A DNA stretch of 36,682 nucleotides, from the IMG/VR virus record IMGVR_UViG_2545824713_000010. One strand, written 5' to 3'. The stretch comes from a virus. Taxonomy: Duplodnaviria; Heunggongvirae; Uroviricota; Caudoviricetes. The notes under the pieces were generated by a model that saw only the letters and a program-made list of their open reading frames with translations, ran no database searches and had not been told where the DNA came from. Positions 8,871 through 18,079 of this stretch are shown here, piece by piece (the first letter of the stretch is position 1; every line of letters starts with the position of its first letter). Both the position numbers and the translations under genes were made by a program.

Positions 8871-9182
8871 ATGACGACACCAACCAGAAGAATAAGTTTC
8901 TATCTGAAGCCAGCTGCCGTCAAGAACGAAGGAGAAGCATGCGCCTGGCTGGACAGCCTTACACCAGAAGCCCGCAAAAGCGGCCAACGCGTGGCTTTTC
9001 TGGCCGGGCTGGCACTTCTGAAGACGAATCCGGCAGAGGCTTACCGACTGGCCGCATGGGCTGATGATGAGATGTTACCTGTGACACAAATCAGCTCAAA
9101 AAAGTTTGAAGCACAGTCTGCACCAGTGGCTAAGATAACCAGCCAGATGGCTGGGAATATCCGGGCGTTATTTCCTGAGTAA
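8871..9182 (+). CDS. parR: ParR-like ribbon-helix-helix adaptor
   Basis: 103 aa directly after parM. RISFYLKP and LDSLTPEARKSGQRVAFLAGLAL parallel R1 ParR (RTIAFKLNP, LDSIPQGERSRLNRAALTAGLAL) as recalled from memory. Confidence 0.55.
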   Translation: MTTPTRRISFYLKPAAVKNEGEACAWLDSLTPEARKSGQRVAFLAGLALLKTNPAEAYRLAAWADDEMLPVTQISSKKFEAQSAPVAKITSQMAGNIRALFPE

Positions 9183-9310
9183 AAGCATCTGCGCGAAAAA
9201 TGCTCACATTTATAGAAACAGTATCATTCCATTTGGCGCACTTACTTCAATAATCGATCTGTTAAACAAATAGATTGTCTATTATCTATCGATTAAAACG
9301 ATCAATTATC

Positions 9311-9338
9311 TTGACAGTAATGTGCCTTTTTGTAAGAT
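9311..9338 (+). promoter_or_regulatory. Sigma70-like promoter (TTGACA, 16-nt spacer, TAAGAT) preceded by a dyad aatagattgtctatt
   Basis: Near-consensus -35 and -10 hexamers read directly; dyad at 9270..9284 could be an operator. Confidence 0.4.
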
Positions 9339-9344
9339 CGTTCG

Positions 9345-9530
9345 CATTGTGAGCGACAAGATAATTGCGCGGCATTGTCCATGCAAAACGCCCCAATAGC
9401 AGCAACTATTGGGGCGTAGAACTCGGTCGGACTCACTTAACCTGATATGCGTGCCTTCCGAAGTAAATCAAAATGTGCGTCGTATATTTTATTGCTTACA
9501 CGCACCTCTGTAAAGGCACGCATATTTTTC
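9345..9530 (+). ncRNA. Candidate structured RNA or attenuator leader
   Basis: Perfect 12-bp stem acgccccaatag/ctattggggcgt (9388..9417); long-range 13-bp pairing atatgcgtgcctt (9445..9457) with aaggcacgcatat (9513..9525) followed by a T-run, immediately before the RBS of the 9547 ORF. Confidence 0.3.
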
Positions 9531-9546
9531 CTATGAGGTAAATAAA

Positions 9547-9816
9547 GTGCGGGCTAAAACAGGTATTTGCAAGAACCCTCATCGTTATAACCCAACATTT
9601 CTGTCTCTCCCTGAATATCAAGGACAAGAAGGTCGGCACAAATGCGCTGCCTGTGCTTTTGAGCTAGGCATAAAAGATGCGCTTGAAGGACGCGCTATGG
9701 CTCAGAATGATTTAGTTTTAGCTAACATTCCGTTTAGCCAGGCTGGAACTGTAAGGCACAGAGATGCTTATGAAGCATATGTTCGTGGTTGGCGATTAAT
9801 ACACAGCAACAATTGA
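9547..9816 (+). CDS. Hypothetical 89-aa protein with paired cysteines (CKNPH...CAACAF)
   Basis: GTG start with RBS tgaggt; followed by a strong terminator; function unknown. Confidence 0.5.
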   Translation: MRAKTGICKNPHRYNPTFLSLPEYQGQEGRHKCAACAFELGIKDALEGRAMAQNDLVLANIPFSQAGTVRHRDAYEAYVRGWRLIHSNN

Positions 9817-9823
9817 TATTTTT

Positions 9824-9849
9824 GAAGCGCCGATAAGGCGCTTTTTTTT
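9824..9849 (+). terminator. Rho-independent terminator (aagcgcc gata aggcgctt plus T8)
   Basis: GC stem and run of eight T immediately after the stop of the 9547..9816 ORF. Confidence 0.65.
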
Positions 9850-10060
9850 GTTTGCACGATAGTGCACAAGTTTGCACAATTTTTTTGAACGACTTTTTGT
9901 ACTTCCGGCCCGCGTGGCGGCTGGATCCGTCAAGGATCCGTACGTGCACAAAAAACGCGTTTTTTCTACGCGCAGGTGACGGGGGAACAGCCCGCGTTTC
10001 AGGGGGTAAATAGCATTCCCTGAACGATGTCGCAGAGATAGAACAGAATGGCTGTATTTC
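9850..10060. other. Probable cos / packaging region
   Basis: Non-coding stretch between the cargo slot and Q, where P2 cos lies; contains cgcgtggcgg reminiscent of P2/186 cohesive-end sequences (from memory), ggatccgt direct repeats and the palindrome aaaaaacgcgtttttt. Exact cos termini not determined. Confidence 0.3.
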
Positions 10061-10302
10061 TCACGCTGAGCGTGAAAAAGACGTGAGGGCTTTTGATTTG
10101 ATGGGGTGAAAGGTAAGGCCGTCAAAATCGCACTGAGACGGCGAGAACATGCAGTCAACGCGGTGGGATTGCGTAAGAGTCTGACTGTCGATGATGGCAA
10201 TCAGCAGGAAAGCGTCGTGAAATTATCTGACTGATACAGGAGCTGGAGAGTCGGGGCATAAATTTTTTATGCCCCGGCGAAGCAGCAGACAAGCGAAGCG
10301 CG

Positions 10303-11349
10303 TCAGGATGTGGGCTGGGTGTCTAACAGTGCGTAAGGGTTAAAGCGGATCACCTCTTCGCCAAGCCAGTCATTGATGTGCTTCATGGCCTCCATGACGG
10401 GCATCAGCTCGTTAATTGCGTAAACCCGCGCGGCCTTCTCCACATCACCAAACGCACTTTTTTCGCCCGGCATCGCCCCCATCAGTTGCGGCGGAACGCG
10501 GTGCGCAGCCAGCACATCATCACGGGATGCCGCCTTAACATTCATGAACTCATCCTTTGCGGTGATCTGCTGGAACGGCAAAATTTGCACCCCTTCTTTG
10601 CCCCCGTTGGGCGCATGAATGAGCACGTTTTTAAATGCACCACCACCACGCGCACCCTGTAACGTTTCTTTCAGGGAGTCCATGCTTTCGCGGTTTACCT
10701 GCGCTGCACCGATGTAGATGATGCACCCGGCGTGGGATCCGTTGTCGTAGTACAGTTTTCTGAACATGTCCGCCGAATGAGAAAGGCTGGCCGAGAGTAA
10801 TGCGCCAAGATATTCCGGCATGCCGTAGATTTCCTGGTTAATATCCGGATTCATCAGGTGGCACACTTTGCCAGGGCGAAACTGGAACGCGTCCTTGCCA
10901 TCCTGCACATACCACCATGATTCAAGATCGCTTCCGCGTCGCATGTATTTCGCCAGGGCGTGCCGTAATTTAAGCGGTTCGCCGAGCATATTGCTCCGAA
11001 GCTCAAGGAATGCGTTACCGAACACAAACCAGTCCAGCGCCAGCGCCGAGAAATCCTGCCGGGAAAGCAGCGGGTGCGGGATGTAGCACCCGAGCAATAC
11101 ATTACGCTTAAAGTAAAGCGCAGACTGATGCCAGGACGTTTGCCGGGCGGCTCTTGCCAGACCGTACCAGTCCACCGGGGTTTCATACCACCGCCCGTTA
11201 TCAGCACAGTACATATTGTCCAGCAGGTCATGCCCGGTCAGGCGATAAGGACCATCAAATGTGAATGCACTGAGCGATGATTCTTTCCTGAGCGCATCAG
11301 CGAGATCAATGCGTGAACTCATGCGCACTTTTTTATTTTTTCTGCTCAT
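10303..11349 (-). CDS. Q: Portal protein, P2 gpQ-like
   Basis: 348 aa; size and position (upstream of P, divergent from O) match P2 Q. Confidence 0.9.
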   Translation of the reverse strand: MSRKNKKVRMSSRIDLADALRKESSLSAFTFDGPYRLTGHDLLDNMYCADNGRWYETPVDWYGLARAARQTSWHQSALYFKRNVLLGCYIPHPLLSRQDFSALALDWFVFGNAFLELRSNMLGEPLKLRHALAKYMRRGSDLESWWYVQDGKDAFQFRPGKVCHLMNPDINQEIYGMPEYLGALLSASLSHSADMFRKLYYDNGSHAGCIIYIGAAQVNRESMDSLKETLQGARGGGAFKNVLIHAPNGGKEGVQILPFQQITAKDEFMNVKAASRDDVLAAHRVPPQLMGAMPGEKSAFGDVEKAARVYAINELMPVMEAMKHINDWLGEEVIRFNPYALLDTQPTS

Positions 11350-13100
11350 CAGAACTCCATAACCGTAAAACGCTCGTTTTCCCCTTCGCCGCCAATCGGT
11401 TCGTTAATGACAGCAAGCATGGTTGCCCACGCAAGGTCGCCGTGGCTGATCCCCCTCGCACGGTCCGTTTCGTAAGTGATAAAGCCGCCCGGTGTTTTCA
11501 CCTTACGCACGGCGTTAAAGGCTGCGACCAGCTCGCGTTCGGCGCGATCATATTCCCACCGCCCGGCACGCATTATTTGCAGCATTTTCAGTACCAGCGA
11601 CCGTTTTGATGACAGCGTGAAGGTGTACGGAATAGCAGCAGGGAAAAACCGTTTCACTATCTGATAAACAGCCTCCCCGTTCCCGCCCGTCACATCAATG
11701 CCGATGTGTTCCACGTTGTAGCGACACGTGAACTCTTCAATGACTCTGGCCTGTTCTTCAAACTCCAGCCCCTGAACGCGTCGCGTCTCCACCGTTCGAA
11801 AACGGCCTCCAGGAACAGCCGGAGGAACCACCACGGACACAGCGCCGCTGTCGCCGTTTCCACTGCTGCCGTTTGCGTCATACCCAATCCATACCGGACG
11901 ATTCCCCATCGGGCGGGGAGCAAAAGGTTTCCAGTCTTTCCAGTCGTCGTATCCGTCAACACCGCAGCCAATCAGGATATTCAGGTTAAATGCCGATTCC
12001 CCTTCGCGGACAAACTCACACATATAGAGATTGCGGAACTCGTCTTCGGTGTTTTCATCACGAATTTCGTCAATATCGGTGTGTTTCCAGCCGTGATTAA
12101 CCACATCTTCCAGCGTGACAATTTGCCGCCACGTCCGGTCAGGGCAGATAAGCCCGTTATGCAGCGTTTTCCAGTCCACAGAAAAACGCTGGCGTTTATG
12201 CGTGGCCTTTTTCTCGTTCCAGCGGTCGCCATTCCAGTAGGCGTATGCCTCGTGCGTTTCGGTGGATGGCGTGGAGAAGTAGGTGCGCCGCAGTCCGCTG
12301 AGGGTTGCCATAGCGCCAGCCACCTTGCGCAGTTCAGCAAAGCGACTGACCCAGAAAAATTCATCAAAATAAAAATTGCCCGTGTAGGACTGTGCCGTCG
12401 CAGCAGAAGTACCAAGAAAATGCAGCTCTGCGCCGTTGGAGAGGATGATTTTATCGCCCCCTTTCAGCTCCACATCAACTTCAGCCGCAGCCTTCTGAAT
12501 AATGCTTTTAAACTGGAACGCCTGACGACGCGACGCAGACAAAAAAATCTGGTTACGCTGGTAAGGTTGTGCCACATCGTCACGCAGCGCCATCAGCAGT
12601 GCTTCCTGTGCAAAATACCAGGTCGCCCCAATCTGTCGGGATTTCAGGATCATCCTGTTACGTATCCCGGCTTCCCTGCAAAGGGTCAGGGAGTCAAACC
12701 AGCCCCGCTGATGCCACTCCAGCCTGCTGATGATTTTTTCCCGCAGTGCGGCAATCTGTTCCGGCGTGAAATGATTTTTGAGTTTTTTCGCCCGGCCTTT
12801 CTTTCCTGCGGCCATCACATCCGGCTGGCCATCATGCAGCTTTTTAAGCTGCCGGGTCAGCAGGTCTATTTCCTTGAAGTCACCACCTGTTTTATTCTGT
12901 TTTTCAGTAAGCTGGATGAGGCGCGCATCGATGGACTGCGCGACACGCTGCACGGGTGGCGTTTCATCCCACTGGTCGCGTTTTTTCCACGCATAAATCG
13001 TGTTCGGGTTTATTCCCATCAGACGTGATATTTCTGCGGGCGGATAACCCTGCCAGTAAAGTTGCCGCGCACGCTGGCGCACAAAAGCGTCCTGAATCAT
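11349..13100 (-). CDS. P: Terminase large (ATPase) subunit, P2 gpP-like
   Basis: 583 aa; N-terminal HTH-like region and central nucleotide-binding region typical of gpP; overlaps the Q start as in P2. Confidence 0.9.
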   Translation of the reverse strand: MIQDAFVRQRARQLYWQGYPPAEISRLMGINPNTIYAWKKRDQWDETPPVQRVAQSIDARLIQLTEKQNKTGGDFKEIDLLTRQLKKLHDGQPDVMAAGKKGRAKKLKNHFTPEQIAALREKIISRLEWHQRGWFDSLTLCREAGIRNRMILKSRQIGATWYFAQEALLMALRDDVAQPYQRNQIFLSASRRQAFQFKSIIQKAAAEVDVELKGGDKIILSNGAELHFLGTSAATAQSYTGNFYFDEFFWVSRFAELRKVAGAMATLSGLRRTYFSTPSTETHEAYAYWNGDRWNEKKATHKRQRFSVDWKTLHNGLICPDRTWRQIVTLEDVVNHGWKHTDIDEIRDENTEDEFRNLYMCEFVREGESAFNLNILIGCGVDGYDDWKDWKPFAPRPMGNRPVWIGYDANGSSGNGDSGAVSVVVPPAVPGGRFRTVETRRVQGLEFEEQARVIEEFTCRYNVEHIGIDVTGGNGEAVYQIVKRFFPAAIPYTFTLSSKRSLVLKMLQIMRAGRWEYDRAERELVAAFNAVRKVKTPGGFITYETDRARGISHGDLAWATMLAVINEPIGGEGENERFTVMEF

Positions 13101-13254
13101 TGCTCCCCCTGAGTAATTACAGGAAGATTACCCGCGCGCGAAACCGTTCTCCTTAACCCCCTGTTCTGACTGTTTTCTTACAACAAAAGCCCTTTGTATC
13201 AGCCTGTTACGCTTTGCCATCATGACTGAAGAACCAGTCAGAGGGGCAAAAACT

Positions 13255-14091
13255 ATGACTAATGAAAAAAAGACATCCCGCAAAAAGTTTCGCGTGGCTG
13301 TCTCCGGTGTGACGGCAGACGGGCGCGAAATCAACGGCGACATGCTGAAAGCTGCCGCCACCAGTTATAACCCGTCCGTTTATGGTGCACGTGTGAATAT
13401 TGAGCACATCCTGTCACCACTCCCCGGTAGCGAGTTTTCCGCTATGGGCGATGTTGTGGGGTTGAGCACCGAAGACATAACCGATGGCCCGCTGGCAGGC
13501 CGCACGGCACTGTATGCCGAAATTGAGCCGACCGCTCGCATGATGTCCCTGCTTAACGATGGTAAAAAAATTTACTCCAGTATTGAGCTGGAACCACAGT
13601 CAACCATCACGGGAGGCCCTTACCTGCGCGGGCTGGCAATGACCGACACCCCCGCCAGCCTGGGCACGGAACGTCTGGCCTTTGCGGCACAACAACGTAT
13701 GCAACTGATGACATTCAACTGTCAGCAGGGAGACGTGGCGATGTTCACCGCCGCTATGGAGTCAGAACTTATCGAACTCACCGAACAACGTCAGGAAGAA
13801 GGCACCCAGTGGTTTAACCGCGTTATGGGGATTATTGGCCGTGGCCGCAAAGCGGATGACGCCAGTTTCTCCCGTATTCAGGAAGCGGTGGAAGGTGTCG
13901 CAACGTCACAGGCCGATATTATCGACCGTTTTAATGCACTGGAAACCCGCCATCAGCAGGACAGCCAGAAAATCACTTCGCTGACCACAGAGCTGACAGC
14001 ACTGAAGGAAAAGCTGCGCACGCAGGACGGCGATCCGCAGAACCGGTTCACCGCAACGGGCGCAGCCTCCGACCAGCTGGCTGACTTCTGA
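13255..14091 (+). CDS. O: Capsid scaffolding protein, P2 gpO-like
   Basis: ORF 13222..14091; the internal ATG at 13255 has RBS gagggg; resembles P2 O as recalled (VYG.R.N.EH, LAMTDTPASLGTE). Confidence 0.85.
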   Translation: MTNEKKTSRKKFRVAVSGVTADGREINGDMLKAAATSYNPSVYGARVNIEHILSPLPGSEFSAMGDVVGLSTEDITDGPLAGRTALYAEIEPTARMMSLLNDGKKIYSSIELEPQSTITGGPYLRGLAMTDTPASLGTERLAFAAQQRMQLMTFNCQQGDVAMFTAAMESELIELTEQRQEEGTQWFNRVMGIIGRGRKADDASFSRIQEAVEGVATSQADIIDRFNALETRHQQDSQKITSLTTELTALKEKLRTQDGDPQNRFTATGAASDQLADF

Positions 14092-14114
14092 TAAGACAAA
14101 GGAGCAAATTTTTT

Positions 14115-15167
14115 ATGAATCTGGTGATGTCAGATAATGCCCGTAACAAGCTGGGCTGCTACATGACGCGACAGGCGTCGATTAACAATATCCCGGTTTC
14201 TGGGCTGGTATCGCGATTTACCGTGGAACCCTCGGTGCAGCAGCGTTTTGAAAACGCCTCAAAGGATAGCACCGAACTTACAAAAAAAATTAACGTGATC
14301 GGTGTGACCGACCAGAAAGGCGAAAAAGTCCTCATGGACACCACCGGGCCGATTGCGCGCACAAATACCAGTTATGACGGCACAGATCGCCGCAACCCGA
14401 TTAACGCTGTCGACCTGAAGTCCCGTCAGTACCAGTGTGAGCAGGTGAACTACGACACGTTTATTTCGTATCCGCAGCTTGATGCCTGGGCGGCGCACAA
14501 TGACTTCCAGACCCGCATCAGCGCACAGATTGCCCGACAGGTGGCGCTTGACCGCATCATGATCGGCTTTAACGGCACGTCACACGCGGAAAAATCCAAC
14601 TTCAGCACCAACAAGCTGCTTCAGGACGTTAACGTGGGGTGGCTGGAGCACATCAGAACCAATGCCAGCGCGCGCGTAATGAATGACGTGACGCTGACCT
14701 CCCGCAACATGGACAACACCGTGGCGCACGCGGGTAAGTATGCGAACGCTGATGCACTGGTTCAGGACGCACGCTCATCCCTGCTGGATGAATGGCACAA
14801 GGAAGCTGACGACCTCGTGGTGATTATGGGGCGCAACCTGTTTAACTCGCTGCGTCTGCCCGTGCTGAACAGCATCAGCGGCCAGAATCCCAATGCGGAA
14901 TTACTCGCCGGACAGCTCATCCTGTCATCGCGCACCATTGGCGGGCTGGGTGTGTTCCTTGCGCCGTTCTTCCCGGATGCAACGATGCTGATCACCTCGT
15001 TCAACAACCTGTCGATTTACTGGCAGAAAGGTTCAATGCGTCGTCTGATGAAAGACGAGCCGGAATACAACCGCATCGCCACCTACCAGTCCATCAATGA
15101 CGCTTATGTCGTTGAAGACTATGGCAAGTGCGCGATGGTCACTGGCCTGAAGTTCGCCGACAGCTAA
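14115..15167 (+). CDS. N: Major capsid protein, P2 gpN-like
   Basis: 350 aa; motifs FTVEPSV, GFNG, DVNVGWL and YVVEDYG align with P2 N as recalled; RBS aaggag. Confidence 0.85.
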   Translation: MNLVMSDNARNKLGCYMTRQASINNIPVSGLVSRFTVEPSVQQRFENASKDSTELTKKINVIGVTDQKGEKVLMDTTGPIARTNTSYDGTDRRNPINAVDLKSRQYQCEQVNYDTFISYPQLDAWAAHNDFQTRISAQIARQVALDRIMIGFNGTSHAEKSNFSTNKLLQDVNVGWLEHIRTNASARVMNDVTLTSRNMDNTVAHAGKYANADALVQDARSSLLDEWHKEADDLVVIMGRNLFNSLRLPVLNSISGQNPNAELLAGQLILSSRTIGGLGVFLAPFFPDATMLITSFNNLSIYWQKGSMRRLMKDEPEYNRIATYQSINDAYVVEDYGKCAMVTGLKFADS

Positions 15168-15212
15168 TCAACTCACGGCGGGCATCATGCCCGCCAGTAA
15201 CGGAGAGAACAA

Positions 15213-16013
15213 ATGATTACTCCTGCACAGCAACACTGGCAGAACGTGATGGCACAGCGCGCAGGCCGGGCGAATGAAGGCGTGGACCACGCCGCGCGTA
15301 CCGCGCATGAAGAGGTGCTGTATCGTCTGCGTCTGGCACAGGCCCGGCTTAAGGGCGTACAGGCCAGAAGCGCGAAAGCCGCCATCAAAAAAGAGTTGTT
15401 GCCGGATTTTTCCGGCTGGATTGAGGGAACGCTGGAGGCTGACGGCGGGCAGCAGGATGAAGTGATTGCCACGCTGATGGTGTGGGCGATTGACTGCGGC
15501 GATCTTCCGCTGGCGTTGCGTATTGGTGCGTATGTGGTCCGTCATAACCTCATTATGCCGGATAACTTTGGCCGTACTGCTGCCACAGTGCTGACCGAAG
15601 AAATCTGCAACCCGGTACTGACGCAGGCCGGGGCGGATGCCGACGCGGATTTGTCCGCCTTTATCGAACCACTGGACACCCTCCGGAAGATTGTCACCGA
15701 CCAGGACATGCCGGACGAAGTACGCGCCAAATTATGCAAGGCGTGCGCCTTTGCCCGTCGTGGTCTGACCGATGCAGACAACATGGCCTTATCACTGAAG
15801 CTGCTGCGCGAAGCGATGCACCTGAACCCGAACGCAGGTGTGAAACGCGAGATTGCAACCCTTTCCCGCGCCCTGAAAAAAGCCGATTCCGCAGCCGCAT
15901 CAGAAGACGCCAGCGCACAGCAGGCGCAGGACGAAAGCAGCAAAAGTAAAAAGACAACGCGGAAGCCTGCAACACGAAAAACCACCGCGACGCAGAAGGC
16001 GAAGCGCGGTTAA
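15213..16013 (+). CDS. M: Terminase small subunit, P2 gpM-like
   Basis: 266 aa; KELLPDF, MPDEVRAKL and GVKREI match P2 M as recalled; basic C-terminal tail. Confidence 0.85.
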   Translation: MITPAQQHWQNVMAQRAGRANEGVDHAARTAHEEVLYRLRLAQARLKGVQARSAKAAIKKELLPDFSGWIEGTLEADGGQQDEVIATLMVWAIDCGDLPLALRIGAYVVRHNLIMPDNFGRTAATVLTEEICNPVLTQAGADADADLSAFIEPLDTLRKIVTDQDMPDEVRAKLCKACAFARRGLTDADNMALSLKLLREAMHLNPNAGVKREIATLSRALKKADSAAASEDASAQQAQDESSKSKKTTRKPATRKTTATQKAKRG

Positions 16014-16114
16014 CGACTGACCCCGTCAGCGGGCGGCGTGCGCGGTGTTCCGGTTTGACTCCGTGGCCGTTTACACCGCGCACCCACCGCCCGATTTTTT
16101 CAGGAGTGAATCCC

Positions 16115-16609
16115 ATGAGCATGGTTGCCAGAACCAACCCCGGCCCCGCAGAGGACGACATCACCGATACCGATGATGGTGATACCCGTATTTCAGCGGG
16201 TGCATTCTGGCCGGATATTGTGCTGCGTGAGCTGCGTCTGGCGATACGACTGCCGGGCCGTGTGACCACCTCCCGCCTGCTGCATACCGCCACCGGGGCC
16301 GTGGCACACGTTACCCGCGAGCTGGAAGCGTGGCAGCAGGAACAGCAGGCGGCTGGCCATCAGACGCTGGCCGATGTTCCGGCCCCCGTAATTAACGGAG
16401 AAAGCGTCAATCTCTGGCTCTGGCGCAATGCTGTTTATACCGCCACACGCGCCCTGATTCTGGAGCGTTACCGCGATGCGGACACAACGGACAAGGGCGA
16501 CCGCCGGGCGGATGCACTGGATATACAGACATCGGATTTGTGGCGCGATGTGAGCTGGGCCATCTCTGACATTCTGTGCCGCCCGCGAATCTTTGCGGAG
16601 TTGTGCTGA
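16115..16609 (+). CDS. L: Head completion/stabilisation protein, P2 gpL-like
   Basis: ORF 16055..16609; the ATG at 16115 has RBS aggagtg and gives 164 aa (P2 L is about 169 aa). Confidence 0.8.
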   Translation: MSMVARTNPGPAEDDITDTDDGDTRISAGAFWPDIVLRELRLAIRLPGRVTTSRLLHTATGAVAHVTRELEAWQQEQQAAGHQTLADVPAPVINGESVNLWLWRNAVYTATRALILERYRDADTTDKGDRRADALDIQTSDLWRDVSWAISDILCRPRIFAELC

Positions 16610-16809
16610 TGAAAGTGAAGGCACTGGAAGGCGACACCGTGGATTCGCTCTGTTTCCGGTACTACGGCACGACGCAGGGCGTCACCGAAAAGGTGCTGGA
16701 TGCCAACCCCGGACTCTGTCAGCAGGTATTTCTGGACGCCGGGCAGGAAGTGGAGATGCCGGAGCCGGAGAAGAAGAAACGAGAAATGATTCAGTTGTGG
16801 GGGGAGTAG
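16609..16809 (+). CDS. X: Tail protein X (LysM-like), P2 gpX-like
   Basis: 66 aa from the ATG overlapping the L stop; resembles P2 X (GDT.D..C.RYYG...G....VL.ANPGL). Confidence 0.75.
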   Translation: MKVKALEGDTVDSLCFRYYGTTQGVTEKVLDANPGLCQQVFLDAGQEVEMPEPEKKKREMIQLWGE

Positions 16810-16811
16810 CA

Positions 16812-17135
16812 GTGAGCACCATTCAAACAGGGATCACAGAGCAGGTTATTGCGTGGCTCTTTGACCACCTGCCAACGGTGTATGCAGTAGGCGCGGCGGT
16901 CAGCATTTCCGCGCTGATGAGTCTTTATGACGGACGAACACTGGTTCAGACCGTAACGGGATCGCTGGCGTGCGGCGTTCTGGCCATGGCCGTGGCCGGG
17001 TCGTTGCGCTTCTTCGGTTTTCCTGAAGATGCCGTGACGTTTATCGGCGCATCAATCGGTTTTATGGGCGCAGAGAAAGCACGCGACAAGGTTATTGCAG
17101 CCTTTAATCGCAGGGTGAAGGAGAAGGACGAATGA
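16812..17135 (+). CDS. Holin (P2 gpY position)
   Basis: GTG start after RBS ggggag; about 107 aa with three hydrophobic segments; sits before the endolysin. Confidence 0.6.
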   Translation: MSTIQTGITEQVIAWLFDHLPTVYAVGAAVSISALMSLYDGRTLVQTVTGSLACGVLAMAVAGSLRFFGFPEDAVTFIGASIGFMGAEKARDKVIAAFNRRVKEKDE

Positions 17136-17524
17136 GCAACACATTTAAATTCAGCAGCCGGAGCGAAAAGAATTTGCAGGGCGTAAATCCTGATCTGGTG
17201 AAAGTGACCCGACGGGCACTGGAAATCTCGGAAGTGGATTTTGGTATCACCGAAGGGTTGCGCAGCCGTTACCGCCAGAAGCAACTTGTGGCCACGGGTA
17301 AGAGCCAGACCATGAACAGCCGCCACCTTACGGGGCATGCCGTGGATGTTGTGGCTTATATCGGCAGCCAGGTGTCATGGGAATGGCCACTGTACGAAAA
17401 AATCGCAGCAGCATTCAGACAGGCCAGCCGGGAACTGAATATTCCGGTGGAATGGGGCGGCGACTGGAAGACCCTGAAAGACGGACCGCATTTTCAGTTA
17501 CCACACGGAGCCTATCCGGCATGA
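17132..17524 (+). CDS. Endolysin, peptidase M15-type (L-alanyl-D-glutamate or D-Ala-D-Ala peptidase family)
   Basis: 130 aa; the HLTGHAVDV and WGGDW motifs are typical of zinc M15 peptidases; occupies the P2 K lysozyme slot. Confidence 0.7.
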   Translation: MSNTFKFSSRSEKNLQGVNPDLVKVTRRALEISEVDFGITEGLRSRYRQKQLVATGKSQTMNSRHLTGHAVDVVAYIGSQVSWEWPLYEKIAAAFRQASRELNIPVEWGGDWKTLKDGPHFQLPHGAYPA

Positions 17525-17928
17525 AGCTCTGGCACACGCTGGGCGTCGCTTTCCTTCTGATTGCCGCATGGGGAACATCCATGCGTCTGTCGTGGTCGCT
17601 GGGCCGGGAGAACGCCAGAAACGAAGCGCAGGCCAGCGCCCTGAAAAGTACCGCCGACACCCTGAATATCATCAGCGCCGGGGTACAGGATATGCAGCAG
17701 GTGCTGGCGCAACTCCGCGTGGAAAATCAGCAACGCAATCAGGACGGAGAGGTAAGACGTGAACAGCTACGCAACGATATTGCAAAAGATGAATGCGCCC
17801 ACGCTTTGCCTGACGCTCGTTTTACTGACAGGTTGCGCAGGCACGCAGAACGCGCCACGGCCAGCGCCGTCAGTCCGGCTTATACCGCAGACGCTGACCA
17901 TACCGGTAACGCCTCCCCCCTTCCCTGA
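17521..17928 (+). CDS. i-spanin (LysB/Rz-like)
   Basis: ATGA overlap with the endolysin stop; N-terminal TM helix then a coiled-coil-like region; internal start of ORF 17377..17928. Confidence 0.6.
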   Translation: MKLWHTLGVAFLLIAAWGTSMRLSWSLGRENARNEAQASALKSTADTLNIISAGVQDMQQVLAQLRVENQQRNQDGEVRREQLRNDIAKDECAHALPDARFTDRLRRHAERATASAVSPAYTADADHTGNASPLP

Positions 17929-18079
17929 CACTCCCACATGGGGAAATCTCGGTATATGGGGCGACCGCCTTCTGGATGCACTGGAAACCTGTAACGCGGA
18001 TAAACGGGCCATTGAATTACTGGAACAGCGCAGGCTGCAACGACTGAACAACGAGGACAACAACCATGCTGAAAACTGA
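17759..18079 (+). CDS. o-spanin lipoprotein (LysC/Rz1-like) overlapping the i-spanin 3' end out of frame
   Basis: Lipobox LLTGC after a hydrophobic leader and a proline-rich region; the alternative start at MNAPTLCL (17789) is possible. Confidence 0.55.
   Translation: MNSYATILQKMNAPTLCLTLVLLTGCAGTQNAPRPAPSVRLIPQTLTIPVTPPPFPDTPTWGNLGIWGDRLLDALETCNADKRAIELLEQRRLQRLNNEDNNHAEN

Noticed and set aside
9796-10200. 134-aa minus-strand ORF in the cos region
   Set aside because: Lies across palindromes and repeats of the probable packaging region, has no RBS, and nothing co-oriented nearby; likely non-coding.
11706-13028. 440-aa plus-strand ORF
   Set aside because: Entirely antisense to the terminase large subunit gene, which has a clear family match; no RBS and odd composition.
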